Assembly: GCA_043228905.1 (NCBI GenBank)
Contig: JBHGNT010000016.1
Location: forward strand, 19,142,937 to 19,206,936
DNA: 64,000 bases
Source of the DNA: Azolla caroliniana
Lineage: Eukaryota; Plantae; Polypodiophyta
Direction of reading: 5' to 3'
Shown in pieces: positions 13,401-25,053 of the stretch. The notes under the pieces were generated by a model that was given only the letters and a program-made list of their open reading frames with translations, was not told the DNA's origin and did not search any database. The position numbers and the translations under genes were made by a program. Positions within the stretch are counted from its first letter, which is position 1. Each line of letters opens with the position of its first letter.

Positions 13401-16087
13401 AGACGGCCTATGCGCAAAGAGAAAGGGAAGAAGAAGGCCTCAACATCGGCTAATGTGAGATTACGCCGATCTACCCGCCAGAAGAATCCTGTTTTGCGGT
13501 TCGGATACAACGAGTACATGGCGCATCATTATGCGTACATGACCCGTGTAGCGGAAGTGCGTGAGCCGGAGAGCTACGCAGAAGCGGCTAAAGACACGAA
13601 TTGGCGTGCCACGATGGAGGAAGAGATACACGCATTGGTGGAGAACGAGACCTGGGACCTAGTTGACGCACCAACAGGGGTAAAACCGATCGGGTGTAGG
13701 TGGGTGTACAAGGTCAAGTACAACACCGATGGCTCAGTCAACTGGTACAAGGCTCGACTAGTGGCAAAGGGCGACGTGCAGAAACACGGCATCGACTACG
13801 ATGAGACGTTTGCACCGGTCGCAAAAATCACGACCGTCCGTGTTTTGCTTGCAGTAGTTGCTGTGAAGGGGTGGCACTTACATCAGATGGATGTAAAGAA
13901 TGTGTTCATGCAAGGTGACCTTGAGGAACAAGTGTACATGGTATAGCCCCCCGGATTTCAGTCCGGAACGAACTCCTCGGCAGTATGCCGACTGAAGAAG
14001 TCCCTTTACGGACTAAAGCAAGCCCCGCGTGCTTGGAACGCGAAGATCACGCAACAACTGCGTCGGATGGGCTTCGTCACGTCAAAATCGGACTCTTCCC
14101 TGTTCATCCGGAAAGGTCGACTCGGACCGGTTAGTATTTTACTATACGTTGATGACTTGGTCATCACCGACGCCGACCTAGGTGAAATCGACCTCGTGAA
14201 GCTCCAGCTTGCGGCATTGTTCAACATGAAGGATCTGGGAGACCTTCATTACTTCCTCGGGATCAAAGTGATCCGTACCCCTGAAGGCATATTGATCAGC
14301 CAACGTCATTACGTGTTGAGTATGCTCTTCAAATTCGGGATGGCCGACTGTAAGTCCGTCTCGACTCCTCTGGAGAGAACCGTCAAGCTTCGTCCCGATA
14401 CGGGAAAGGTATGCGACCCGATGAGGTTCCGACAAATTGTCGGAAGCCTCATATACTTGACCATCACCCGACCCGACCTCAGTTATGCGGTCGGAGTGAT
14501 CAGTTAGTTCATGGTGCGACCTACCGAGGAGCACCTCCAGTGTGCGGAACGCATACTTCGGTATGTCAATGGCACTAAGGATCGGGGACTGCTATATCGG
14601 ACCGGTGCAGCCGCGGAGTTAGTCGGCTACACCGATGCTGATTGGGCTGGCAACGCCGCCGATCGCCGATCCACATCCGGATACGCATTCTCCCTCGGGA
14701 GTGCCATGATCGCGTGGAGCAGTAAGAAGCAGTCGACAGTTGCACTGTCGATCACCAAAGCTGAGTACCGAGGAGTGGCTGTCGCGACATGCAAAGCCAT
14801 ATGGTTGAAACGGCTGCTTAGGGACCTGCAAGAGGAGGTGTCAGATCTGACGACGATCTACTGCGACAACCTCAGCAGCATCCAGCTCGCGAAAAACCCC
14901 GTTTTCCACGCACGGACCAAGCACATTGAGGTGCACTACCATTTCGTCCGTGAGCGTGTCCTTTCCGGTGAAGTCGAACTTCAGTACGTTCCGACGGATC
15001 GGCAGACTGCCGACATCTTCACCAAGACTCTTGGTCTGGACAAGTTGCGGCAATTCTCAGGTGCGCTCGGATTGTGTCACCTCGACGTGCCAAACTTGAG
15101 GGGGAGAACAGTCCCGAACGACCAAGCAAGGCAGCAGGAAAGGAGTGGAGACCGTGACACCGAGTCGGTTGACTCGGTTGTCGAGTTCGACTTCGGATCG
15201 ACTGAAGAAGCCGAGGGCGGACCCGCGGAAAAGTCCGGAAGTGGACAGAAGGGGAGCAGCCGAAGGAGAGAGCCGAAGCTAACCACGCATGGGGAAGATG
15301 ACGCCATTGAGGGCGAGAAGACCGAAGACAATTTGGAGACAGCCAACTCGGACGAGAGCGAAAACCGATCGGAGGTAGCCGAGTCGGTTCGGATGTTTGA
15401 TTCAGATACGCTGAATCAACCGAGGCCCAAGCGGAAGAAAAGGCAGCAGGAGAAGCGTCAACACCACAACAACAGAAGAGCTAAGGGCCACATGAGCAGA
15501 CAAGCCGACCGGAAGGGTCGAAGCGCGCGGAGTCGAACAGGTCGTGGAGCGCGAGCGAGGCGTGAAGCCAGGATGAGCCAGAGCTGTGAGCCCGAAGATC
15601 CCGAAGAGCCTCAAGTTGAGCTTGAGGGGGAGTGTTGAGAGACAAGCTCAACATCGGCTGGATCGGCTGAAGAAGCCGAGGACCGGATCGGTTGAGACCG
15701 ATCGATTAGGCCGAATGTGTAAACTAGTACGCAAACCGGTGCGTAGGTAGGGACGGATTGGTGCGTAAACCGGGAGGCCGCTAGGAAAGATATTCCGTGA
15801 GGAATATATTTGGGAGTTAGTGTAGGAGCTCTTAATGAGCATTGAAGTATTGTCAGTACTTCCGTCAGTCCTTCTAGGACTTGTATAAAAGTGTTCATTG
15901 AACACACATATGTATAGAGTGTGGTGAATAGAGATCGAGTATTTTTTTGAATATACTTATTGTGTTTTCCTCTCTCACTCTCTCTGTCTCTCCCGCGTAT
16001 ACTGCATGAGCTCAAGCTCTCCATTAAACCTGAGTTTTCTTCCTTCTGTTCGGTCTTCATACTTGCTTCCGCACGTTACTTTTTACA
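10410..16087 (+). mobile_element. Full-length Bryco-like copia element E nested in the RT of element D
   Basis: 455-bp LTRs at 10410-10864 and 15633-16087 (about 5% diverged by eye), PBS TGGTATCAGAGC 10865-10876, PPT CTTGAGGGGGAG 15621-15632, TSD ACTTT/GCTTT. Confidence 0.97.
10937..15638 (+). pseudogene. gag-pol: gag-pol of element E with several point stops and one frameshift; RNase H has a ~180-aa C-terminal extension
   Basis: gag, CWYCGKKGHKESEC knuckle, WYVDSSASNHM protease, integrase, LYVDD RT, GYTDADWAG RNase H. Confidence 0.95.
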
Positions 16088-18643
16088 GCTTTGTAACAGT
16101 TTACGGAGCCGTCGGCATTATACTTCACCTTGTAGATCCATCTGCAACCAATTGCCTTCTTGTGCGGTGAGTGGGGAACGAGATCCCATGTCTCGTTCTT
16201 GCGTAATGCACGCATCTCCTTGTTCATTGCTTCGATCCATCGTGGGTCCTTCGCAGCTTCGAAAAAGGTTTTCGGCTCCTATATTGCCGCTACCTTCATC
16301 ATGAAAGCGTAATGGTATGCCATATAATCGTTGTAGCCGAATCGGCTTACGAGGTTGTTTTCACGGGTGGATTGGCGGAGTTTTCGTTTGCGGATACTAC
16401 GACATTCTTTGCTCCATTTGTCCGGATCTCAAGGCCTTTGAAATCACTATCAAGGGAGTGAGTCAATTCGTTGCCGTCAAAGTGATCGTCTTCATACTCC
16501 GGCATTTTCGCCTTCGCTTTGTCCATCTTCGGACTCGGCCGAGATGTGTTTTGATCGCTCGGGGCTCTTGTGGTTCGCTCAGTCGGGTCGTGATCGGAAT
16601 TTCTTCGAACATGCGGGTAAGTCGATCTTCGGCTTCTATCTCTATTTCGGCGGAATCCGGGTCGAGCGGAATCGAAGTCGAAGTTGTCTCTAGTGCATAC
16701 TAGGATGGGGACTCGTCGAAAAAGGTGTCTCGACTGACTCGAGATTTTTGAGTTGAGGGGTTGTAGCATTTGTACCCCTTTTGATCCAGTGAGTATCCTA
16801 CAAGGATACATTTCTCCGACTTCGGGTCGAGCTTTTGACGCTTCGCATTGGGGATGTGCACGTACGCAATGGAGCCGAATATCCGAACATGCGATAGGTC
16901 CGGCTTCTTTCCGAAGAACTTCTCGTGCGGAGTAAGTTCGTGCACACCCGATATCGTGCACACCCGATAGACAACCGTGTTAGCTGCTTCCGCCCAATAT
17001 GATTTCGGCATGTGCTTTTCGTTAAGCATAGCCCGTGCCACTTTGAGGATTTTCCGATTCTTGTGTTCGGCCAGTCCGTTTTGTTGTGGCGTATGTCGAC
17101 ACGAAAACTCTCACCATATTCCTTCTTTCCGTAGAAATGCCGAAAATTCGTCAGAGAAGTACTCCTTGCCTCCATCCGATCGAAGACATCGTACATGTCG
17201 GCCCGTGGCTTTCTCAACTTCATTCTTAAATTTTTGGAAGTGTCCGAACACTTTGCTCTTTTGTCGCATGGGGTAGATCCAGGTGTGCCTGGAGAAGTCG
17301 TCGATGATGGCCACGTAGTATCGGCATCCGCCGAATGTAGCCGTTTGAGCCGGACCCCATACATCGGAATGAATTACGTCGAGTACACCTTTGCTCACGT
17401 TTTGCTCCTTCAGAAATGGGTGCTGATGTTGCTTGCCGAATTGGCAAGCGGCACACATGCCTTCAATCTCTTTCTCCGTGAATGTTGGGAGCCCGATGAC
17501 GACTCCTTTCGATTGCATTGCCTTGAGCTTTTGGAGGTTTATATGGCCAATACGCTTGTGCCATAACTCTATGTTGGAATCGGCTTTCATGCCCTTTGTG
17601 AACATGGCCGATTTCATCTCGTGTGAGTCAAGAATGAACATTCGGCCCTCTCTTCTTCCGCGAGCGATGAGTCGGCCCTCTTTTTCGATGAAGAAACCGC
17701 CATGATTAAATCGTACTTGCATTCCAGGTCTACAATTTGGCCGACGGAGACGAAATTCTTCATGATAGTTGGTACATGCAAGACATTTTTAATATAAGTT
17801 TGCTTACCTTCTTCTCTGAACGGAACATTGCCGATGTGCCAAATCGGGTGTGTAGTGTCGTCTCCGGTTCGACATAGCCGGGTAGGTCTGGCTCTCGAAG
17901 TTCTCGGAACCATTCTTGATGCGACGTCATATAGTTCAAGGCACTGGAATCGACGAACCATACGTCTTTCGGACTGGAGGCATTAGTAGAAGTAGAGGCC
18001 GACATAGAATTCGCTCTATGTCTCATCACGAACATTCAGCTGCGATAGTCATAGTCAGAGTTGATGGCGTAGTTGGTGAGTTGTTATCTAGTGGAAGTCG
18101 ACTCACGTATCTTGTTACGTCATTCTTCTTCGTGGTGACCGATATTTCCGCAATATCCGGATTTGACCGAGCTTTGTCGGTTCGGACTGGAATGGAAGCT
18201 CCCCCTTCTTCCGAAGGTTCGTCAATGGCTTCCGTCTTGATGCCTAAATTGCGAGTTGTTTTCGTAAGTCGGGCCTCGTCCTTGGCCGAATCGCTCTCTT
18301 CTTGCACGGCCGGGTCCTCTTCCTCTGTCGAAGTGTGTGTAGAGCATTTGGCCTTCCGAGCCATTACTCCTTGTTCGAACATGGTTTTCTTTGACCAACA
18401 ACATAGATTGAAGATTGAAGAAGGAGGGTGGATTCTCCCGTGCTAGTATGACGGTCCGCATCACGCCGAATCATGGTGCAAGGCCGCCGAGGCATATTTG
18501 CACCATCTTGTCATCCTACATGTTTACGCTTATCGAGTGGAGAGAATCACAAAGCTCCTTGATCTTCAAGGTGTAGCTCATGACGGACATATCCCTTTGT
18601 TGGATATTATTCAACTCTTGGCGGAGTTGAAGCTTTCTCGCGG
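16088..18643 (-). mobile_element. Middle part of Bryco-like element D (gag C-term, PR, IN, RT N-term)
   Basis: ARKLQLRQEL gag at 18643 leftward, WFVDSSA protease, VIHSDVWGP integrase, IGCRWIYKVKY RT. Confidence 0.92.
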
Positions 18644-19180
18644 TGTCGTGCCTTTCGGCTCCGGATCGTTGCGTGAGTCGGGTGGGAACCACAGAGGTCT
18701 TGGACTAGGAGAAAGAAGTTCGTGAGATAGAGATTAATTATGAGTAAATAGCAAAGAGAAAGATAAGAAACTCGTGAATCACACGAGTATACTATATTAA
18801 TTGGTACTTAGGATGTTAAGAGAGAAGTAGATGTATAAATCGTGAATCCCACGAATAAATTTTTTATTGATTAATACTTAATCCAAATAATCAACAACCC
18901 TTTACATATTTCTCTCCTCCTTATCTAAGGAAGGAAGAGCTAAGCATGGCTTCATGCTTTTTTTTTTTTTTTACAAAAGTGTTCATGTCCACTAAATGTG
19001 CATGTGATGCTTTTTTTTTCCTAAGTATAGGGCTCATGCACGCTAGATGTGCATGAGTTATTTTTAGTGTCTCGTGTTTTTCATATAAAAAAAATACACG
19101 ATTTACCTTTTAATAAAGGTATGCATAAATAAAGGTCTTATATGTATTAAATCTATATGTTTAAAACACTTAAGATAAGT

Positions 19181-19233
19181 TAATGTAATGGTAAGGTTGG
19201 GGTTTGTCAACGTGGAGGTGCAGAGTTCGAATC
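19181..19233 (+). promoter_or_regulatory. tRNA-like A-box/B-box, antisense in the gypsy LTR (also 25636-25688 +, 35044-35096 -, 41100-41152 -)
   Basis: TAATGTAATGG ... GTTCGAATC, 44 nt apart, with TTGTCAA at the anticodon-loop position. Confidence 0.55.
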
Positions 19234-19411
19234 ACGCCCTGCGCAGTAGTGAGTATTTCCTTCTTTTTTACATTTATGTCTCTTTATCCGGCTCTTCCTT
19301 GCCGGTATGCCGTTTTCTTCCTTGCCGGTATGCCGTTTTCTTCCGGTTCTTACCGAGCACTCCATTCTCTATCCGGAGGGACAAAAATATAATTTCCACA
19401 TAGTGTGCAAC

Positions 19412-22400
19412 CTACACTACGACACTCGCCCCCTCCAAACCCGCACATCCTCCGGTATGTGCCGAAGTTCTTGATTCTTCGTATCCGTCTTCATCCGAAG
19501 CTTCCTCCGATTCTCCCCCTATGTCGACTATGAGTTGCAATCCACTTTCTTCGCTTCCCGCATCATTGTGGTCTTCGTCCGATTGCTCCTTGTTGTCGGC
19601 CTCGACTTGGATCACATAAGGTTTGTCGTCGGTCCGCTTCTTGAAAATCTTCACCCGCTTCCCGGCTATAGGCACTCGTAGTATTGTTCCATCCAACTCG
19701 GACAGTCGGTACGTCCCGTTGTCGAAGACCTTCCGAACCTCATACGGCCCGAACCACCTTTTCGCGAATTTCCGCATCGTTGTATGTTGATGGTCCAAGC
19801 TACTATCATAGACGATCACCCAATCTCCTTCTTCAATCCTCCTCGGTCGTAGTCGGTGCTTTGTGTCGAACCGGCTTTTGTTCCGGAACCGTGCTTCTTG
19901 TTGTCGGCGTGACGCTTCCGCTACATCTTTCGGTCTTCCCTCCAGTTGTCGTATCCGGACCGCTAGTAGTTCTTCCCGGCTCATCTCTTCCTTCCACGGT
20001 AGTATCGTCCATGTCGCGATTGCGGTTTCCGTTGGCATTACTGGTGCTTGTCCGGTCATGAGTTCTGCCGGCATGTAACCGGTCACGGAGCTATGCGTCG
20101 TCCGATCCGCCCATAGTGCATACGGAAGCATTTGTGGCCAATCCTTCACCCTTCCGTCGCATGCCTTCGCAAGTGCTTTCACGATCGGACTATGTCCTCG
20201 TTCGATCTTCTCGTTGGCCTCCGGATTGTAGGCCGTTGTCAACGTTAACCGAACTCCATGTTTGGCGAAGAATCCCCTAGCTTTGTCCGAGTCGAGTTCT
20301 CCCCGGTCCGCAATCACTTGTCCTACGCAGCCGTACCTACAAAACACTTCTTCCAAAAGAAATTGGCACACCGCGGCACACGTTTTCCTCCGAAGCGCTC
20401 GACCTTCAACTTGATTTGTGAGATCTTCTCGAGCTAACACCAAGTATTTCTTTTGTCCAATCCCGGTCGGCATAGCTACAATGTCGACCATCCACTTGAA
20501 GTTGATTGTCGGTGAGAATGTCGGATGCAGCTCATCTCGGTGTCGGACCCCGGAGTAGACTTGACATTTCTCGCAGCTTTCTGTGAACTCCGCGACATCT
20601 TTATACATGTTCTTCCACCAATATCTTTGCTTGATTTTCACAAAAGTTGCCCATGTTCCTCGATGTCCAGCCCAATCGGATTCGTGGAACTCGGACATTA
20701 TCCGGTTTCGTTGCTCTTTCGTCCCGACTACTCGAAGTGGTATCCCATCCGGTCTTTTCGGCGTCCTCCATATTAAACCGTTTTCCAAGAAGAACTTTTG
20801 GACTTGCCTCTTCTTCCTTCGGATCTCGGCTCTCCTTTCTTTATCATTGGTTGAATCCTCGACCTCTTGTAGCATCTTCCCGATCATCAAGGTTTCCCCC
20901 TCGTATTCTTCTTCCCGGAATTCTCGGATCACGTTCACTCGGCATATGTGTTCTGACGTGAAGTAGTCTTCGGAAACTTCTTCATTATCTGATTCGGTTA
21001 TGTCGTCTTCAAACCGCGCCCTCGATAACATGTCCGCTACCGCGTTGTCTTTCCCCGAGATGTGTCGAACCTCCGGATTAAGTGACTTGACATATGCAAT
21101 CCACCTTAACATAGCCACATCCGGTATCGTACAACACCGCATCATCCCGAGTATCGGAAGACAATCCGTCTCGATCACCACTTCAGCTCCGATCAAATAA
21201 TCCCGATCCGATTTTATCGCCGACACGACTCCCCACAATTCTCTTTTGACTTGTGCATATCCGCGTTGCCTTTCGTTGAGGACCTTTGCTCCAAATCGGA
21301 TCGGATACCGCGAACCATCCGAGTCGGCTTGATTGATGACCCACCCGATACCGGTTGGACTTGTATCAACCGTTACTATGATTGGCTGCTCGTAGCTTGG
21401 CTTCTTAAGTGATTCCGCCCTCCATAGTGTCTTCTTGAGCTTCCTCATGGCTTTAGTGTGTTCCGGTTTCCACTCGAATTTCTTACCTTTCCGCAACAAG
21501 TGATAGAGCGGGTCCGCTATATGTGCATAGTGCGGAATCCATATGTGATAGAATGCACACGCACCCAGAAACCTTCGGACTTCCGATGTTGACTCACATA
21601 CTTCCTTCATAGCTTGAATCGCATCGATCTTTGTTGGTGATGGTCTTCGGCCGTAGGGTCCACATAGATGTCCGACCACCAATATTTCTTCTTGCCCGAA
21701 TGCCGATTTCTCCCCGGAAAGTGTTAGGTGCACATCTTCTAGCTTTCGCAACACTTTCTCGCAATCATGAATATGGTCGACCACGAACTTTCGGCATCCC
21801 CGATCATCCATAGTCTCATCTTTTTCTTCCACCGCGCATCTTTTCATCGGAATGTCATCTAGAAACGGCATCGTTATCTCCGGGATGCAATCTCGAAGCA
21901 CCTTGTTCATCGCGTTCATCATATGTGCAACCGAGTTTGTCGCTCCTTGTGGTAGTGTGCACATTCGAACTAGTCCTATCGGTGTCCGCATGGTAGTGAT
22001 GTCTCGGCTCTCCACGGCTAGTTGGAATTGGTCATACCCCGAGTATAGGTCCCCGATGGAGTATATCGCACGTCCGGCAAAAGCTTCCGCGAATTCGTCC
22101 ACTATCGGACCGACTCCCGAGTTCCGGATCGTGACCTTGTTCACCGGTTGCAAGTCTTGGATGAATCGGAGTGACCCATTCTTCTTCGGAACCGTAAACC
22201 ATCGATTTGAGTACGGAGCACTTGATGGCTCTAGAACCCCCATCGCCACCTTCTCCTTGAGCAAGTCGATGACTTTCGGAATATGCGCCCGTGGCACCGG
22301 AATCGGCTTCAGGTTCCACAGTACATGATCCATCGTGAAAATCACCATCGGCTCCACTATCTTAGGATCAATGCATCCAATCTCCCTCGATGTGAACGCG

Positions 22401-23023
22401 AATGCTTTGCCATGTTGCTCCAACATCTCTCGAAACCGTTTTTCTTCTTCTTGTAAGAGGAACCCACCTCCACCGATCCGAAGTTTCTTCCGGGTCTCAT
22501 CTGTGAAGGCATGTCCGATATCCACGGACTTCCGAAGTGTCGGATCTCCCGAGACTTCTTTCTTCTTTTGTTCACTATCGGCGGGTAGTGGTCCCGCGGC
22601 CGGTTTCACCTTCTTCTCCACGGTCTTGTATTTCGTACTTACCATTGCTTCTTCTTTGCGGAGCGCATCCGGCCCCATTTTCGCAACGATCTCGTACATC
22701 TCGACCGATTCCACCGGGACTACCCGGTTCCCTTGGCTTTTATCTTCCGCAAGCTCTTCAAGCCGTTGTAGTGTATTCCCATAGAACACTTCCTCGATCA
22801 CTCCCACGATTTCTTCGTCTTCTTTTATTATTGATGCCGACCGTAACTTATCCTCCACTTGTCGGTATTGTTTCTTCATTCCTCCGGTTACGGCCGTGTA
22901 CGTAGATGCCCCATCCGGGCCGATTCGTACTTGTTTTGCTCCGAGAGTTTTCTTCCTGTGTGGGGTATCAGGGCTTCTCGGACTATCACTTCCCCACTCC
23001 GCAACAGTCCGCTTTAAAAATCC
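19412..23023 (-). CDS. pol: RT-RNaseH-integrase of gypsy X, probably reached by -1 frameshift
   Basis: 1155-aa ORF from Met at 22879, frame open back to the gag stop; DLYSGYDQ, LPQG, FLDD, VDTS, NAVADMLSR, HHCC zinc finger, D-D-E, WFGPY. Confidence 0.93.
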   Translation of the reverse strand, partial: GFLKRTVAEWGSDSPRSPDTPHRKKTLGAKQVRIGPDGASTYTAVTGGMKKQYRQVEDKLRSASIIKEDEEIVGVIEEVFYGNTLQRLEELAEDKSQGNRVVPVESVEMYEIVAKMGPDALRKEEAMVSTKYKTVEKKVKPAAGPLPADSEQKKKEVSGDPTLRKSVDIGHAFTDETRKKLRIGGGGFLLQEEEKRFREMLEQHGKAFAFTSREIGCIDPKIVEPMVIFTMDHVLWNLKPIPVPRAHIPKVIDLLKEKVAMGVLEPSSAPYSNRWFTVPKKNGSLRFIQDLQPVNKVTIRNSGVGPIVDEFAEAFAGRAIYSIGDLYSGYDQFQLAVESRDITTMRTPIGLVRMCTLPQGATNSVAHMMNAMNKVLRDCIPEITMPFLDDIPMKRCAVEEKDETMDDRGCRKFVVDHIHDCEKVLRKLEDVHLTLSGEKSAFGQEEILVVGHLCGPYGRRPSPTKIDAIQAMKEVCESTSEVRRFLGACAFYHIWIPHYAHIADPLYHLLRKGKKFEWKPEHTKAMRKLKKTLWRAESLKKPSYEQPIIVTVDTSPTGIGWVINQADSDGSRYPIRFGAKVLNERQRGYAQVKRELWGVVSAIKSDRDYLIGAEVVIETDCLPILGMMRCCTIPDVAMLRWIAYVKSLNPEVRHISGKDNAVADMLSRARFEDDITESDNEEVSEDYFTSEHICRVNVIREFREEEYEGETLMIGKMLQEVEDSTNDKERRAEIRRKKRQVQKFFLENGLIWRTPKRPDGIPLRVVGTKEQRNRIMSEFHESDWAGHRGTWATFVKIKQRYWWKNMYKDVAEFTESCEKCQVYSGVRHRDELHPTFSPTINFKWMVDIVAMPTGIGQKKYLVLAREDLTNQVEGRALRRKTCAAVCQFLLEEVFCRYGCVGQVIADRGELDSDKARGFFAKHGVRLTLTTAYNPEANEKIERGHSPIVKALAKACDGRVKDWPQMLPYALWADRTTHSSVTGYMPAELMTGQAPVMPTETAIATWTILPWKEEMSREELLAVRIRQLEGRPKDVAEASRRQQEARFRNKSRFDTKHRLRPRRIEEGDWVIVYDSSLDHQHTTMRKFAKRWFGPYEVRKVFDNGTYRLSELDGTILRVPIAGKRVKIFKKRTDDKPYVIQVEADNKEQSDEDHNDAGSEESGLQLIVDIGGESEEASDEDGYEESRTSAHTGGCAGLEGASVVV

Positions 23024-25053
23024 ATTCTCACTTGGGACAAGAGTTCCCTCTTGTTCCTTTCGTGATTTGCCGGCACCGTTAGGAATTGGACGGATTTCCC
23101 TCCGTTTTGGCTCCGAATTCGCGCAAAAGCCGCACCACTATCGAGCACCTTCGTCTCCATCCGTGAAGCCGTGATAAAGGGTTGGCCGAGGATGACAGAA
23201 TGTGAAACCTCATCCTGCACAAAGAAATTTTGGTCAATTTCGACATCCCCGATCTTTACCATCACATCCGGACAAGCCGCAAATAGGTCTTCTGTCGTTT
23301 TCGTGGCTGCCCGAATCTTCCATCCATGGTTGGTGTTTATAGGCCACTTCCCCTTTCGGTAGAACTCCTTGGACATCAAGTTGATCTCCGATCCGTGATC
23401 AATCAATGCTAGCACAGGTTCTTTGATGTTGCCGATTCGGACCGGAGTCTCCGTAGTCGCACGTGCCCAGTGTGGCCTTGTATAGTGGGAGTTCGGAATT
23501 TCGCCTTCCACTTCGGTGTCGTTCATTGAAACGGTATTTGCATTCACCCTTGGAGCATTTTCCTCCGTACTTTGTCTCTTCCTTTTCACGAGATCCACGA
23601 GAAGATCGTGAAACTCCTTCTTCGCTATTCCGAGTAGTTCCCGCAGCGAAAAATCTACCCGGCTATCCAAGATTCTTTCCTCGAACACTCTTTTCAAGTT
23701 GGTTTGTTGTTCTATGTCCGAGGCGAGCTTGAATGCCGGAGTCGCCTTTTCTTTTCCCTTACCTCCGGAGTTCCAGCTTTCCGGTATCTTCGATGGTCCG
23801 GCCGCATCCTCCGTGCGCCGTCGTTTCTCGTCCACATACACCTCATGTAATTGACACAGGGCGTATATGCTATTCTTGTCGACAGGGCACTCCCATCCCG
23901 TAGCTTCCCGGACGCCTTCCGCGGTGTTTCGGATATCGTTGGAGTCGGTTTTCTCGGTGTTTCCTAGCACCTCCGGCCAGAAAGACGCCTTCGCTCCCGT
24001 TGACTCCCCGACACATATTCCCGCGGTTGTCGCATAGTTGCTTCTTGCCGCTAACTCCTCCTCGAGCACCTTCTTCATGCCGCCTTTCCGGAAGTTCGGT
24101 CGGAGTGGCTTCCGAGAGTCCATCGAATGAATCCGGTTTCCCTCGTAGTAGATGAGATCCCGTCGTAGCGCCTCCTTATGGTCGTCGCAATCCCTCCGAT
24201 CGTGTTCGGCGCTATCGCACCATATGCACCGTCGATCCGTATATTTGGAGCTTGTGGGGCGGTCATCCGACTTCTTCACCATCGCGATCTTTAGATTCTC
24301 CATCTCCTTCAGCAGCTGCTCCACCGTAGACGCGTCGACTCCCTTCTCGGCCGTAATCTCCCGAGCCCTCGGTTGATGGTCTTCCAGTCCCGTTCTCGGT
24401 TTCGGAATCAGTTCCGAAACCCTCTTTTCTTCGTTGGCAAGCCATTGCCCCCTCTTCGTGTACCGCGCGACGATATCCCGCACGCTTTCCCATGTTTCGG
24501 TGAGGCCGCTTTCGGTGGTCGTGTCCTCAAGAAGCACTCCGAGATCTTTCCGGTCCCGGACGTCCACAGCTCGCAAAAACATGATGACTTTGTCCGGTGC
24601 AAGAATAGTTTGATCTCTCGCGGACAACCTCCCGAACCGACTTTCGAATGTCGAAAACACTTCGAGGACCTTCAGCCCCTTACCTGACGTTTCCACCCAA
24701 TCCTCGAATCCCCTCCGCGTTGCCTTGGAGGAGTCCTCGATGGCAAACGTGGTCTTTAACGCCTCTTCGAATGCTTCCCACGTCGGATTTTGTTGTTGCA
24801 ACCCGTGGATACTCCCTTGAAGCCCGTCGGTCGCCACCCGGTTAAAGGATGTCACTTGCAGTCCTTCCGAAGCCCGGCACCGGAGCATCTCCGCCTTGTA
24901 GTCCTGCAAATATCGCGACACATCCTTACCATTAAATTGCCCGTTGCGTTGCACGAGCCGCTCTACTGATGCCGAAATCTCCGACATCGTGCGTTGTTCT
25001 TGAAGCATCCGTTCGAACATCGCCATCATATTGTTAGCTTGTTGAGCCTCCAT
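23014..25053 (-). CDS. gag: Gag-protease of gypsy X
   Basis: Open ORF from the ATG after the PBS; CIWCDSAEHDRRDC zinc knuckle; LALIDHGSEINLM aspartic protease. Confidence 0.9.
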   Translation of the reverse strand: MEAQQANNMMAMFERMLQEQRTMSEISASVERLVQRNGQFNGKDVSRYLQDYKAEMLRCRASEGLQVTSFNRVATDGLQGSIHGLQQQNPTWEAFEEALKTTFAIEDSSKATRRGFEDWVETSGKGLKVLEVFSTFESRFGRLSARDQTILAPDKVIMFLRAVDVRDRKDLGVLLEDTTTESGLTETWESVRDIVARYTKRGQWLANEEKRVSELIPKPRTGLEDHQPRAREITAEKGVDASTVEQLLKEMENLKIAMVKKSDDRPTSSKYTDRRCIWCDSAEHDRRDCDDHKEALRRDLIYYEGNRIHSMDSRKPLRPNFRKGGMKKVLEEELAARSNYATTAGICVGESTGAKASFWPEVLGNTEKTDSNDIRNTAEGVREATGWECPVDKNSIYALCQLHEVYVDEKRRRTEDAAGPSKIPESWNSGGKGKEKATPAFKLASDIEQQTNLKRVFEERILDSRVDFSLRELLGIAKKEFHDLLVDLVKRKRQSTEENAPRVNANTVSMNDTEVEGEIPNSHYTRPHWARATTETPVRIGNIKEPVLALIDHGSEINLMSKEFYRKGKWPINTNHGWKIRAATKTTEDLFAACPDVMVKIGDVEIDQNFFVQDEVSHSVILGQPFITASRMETKVLDSGAAFARIRSQNGGKSVQFLTVPANHERNKRELLSQVRMDF

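Noticed and set aside
19174-19245. Functional tRNA-Asp gene
   Set aside because: Acceptor, anticodon and T stems do not pair; only the boxes and loop are tRNA-like.
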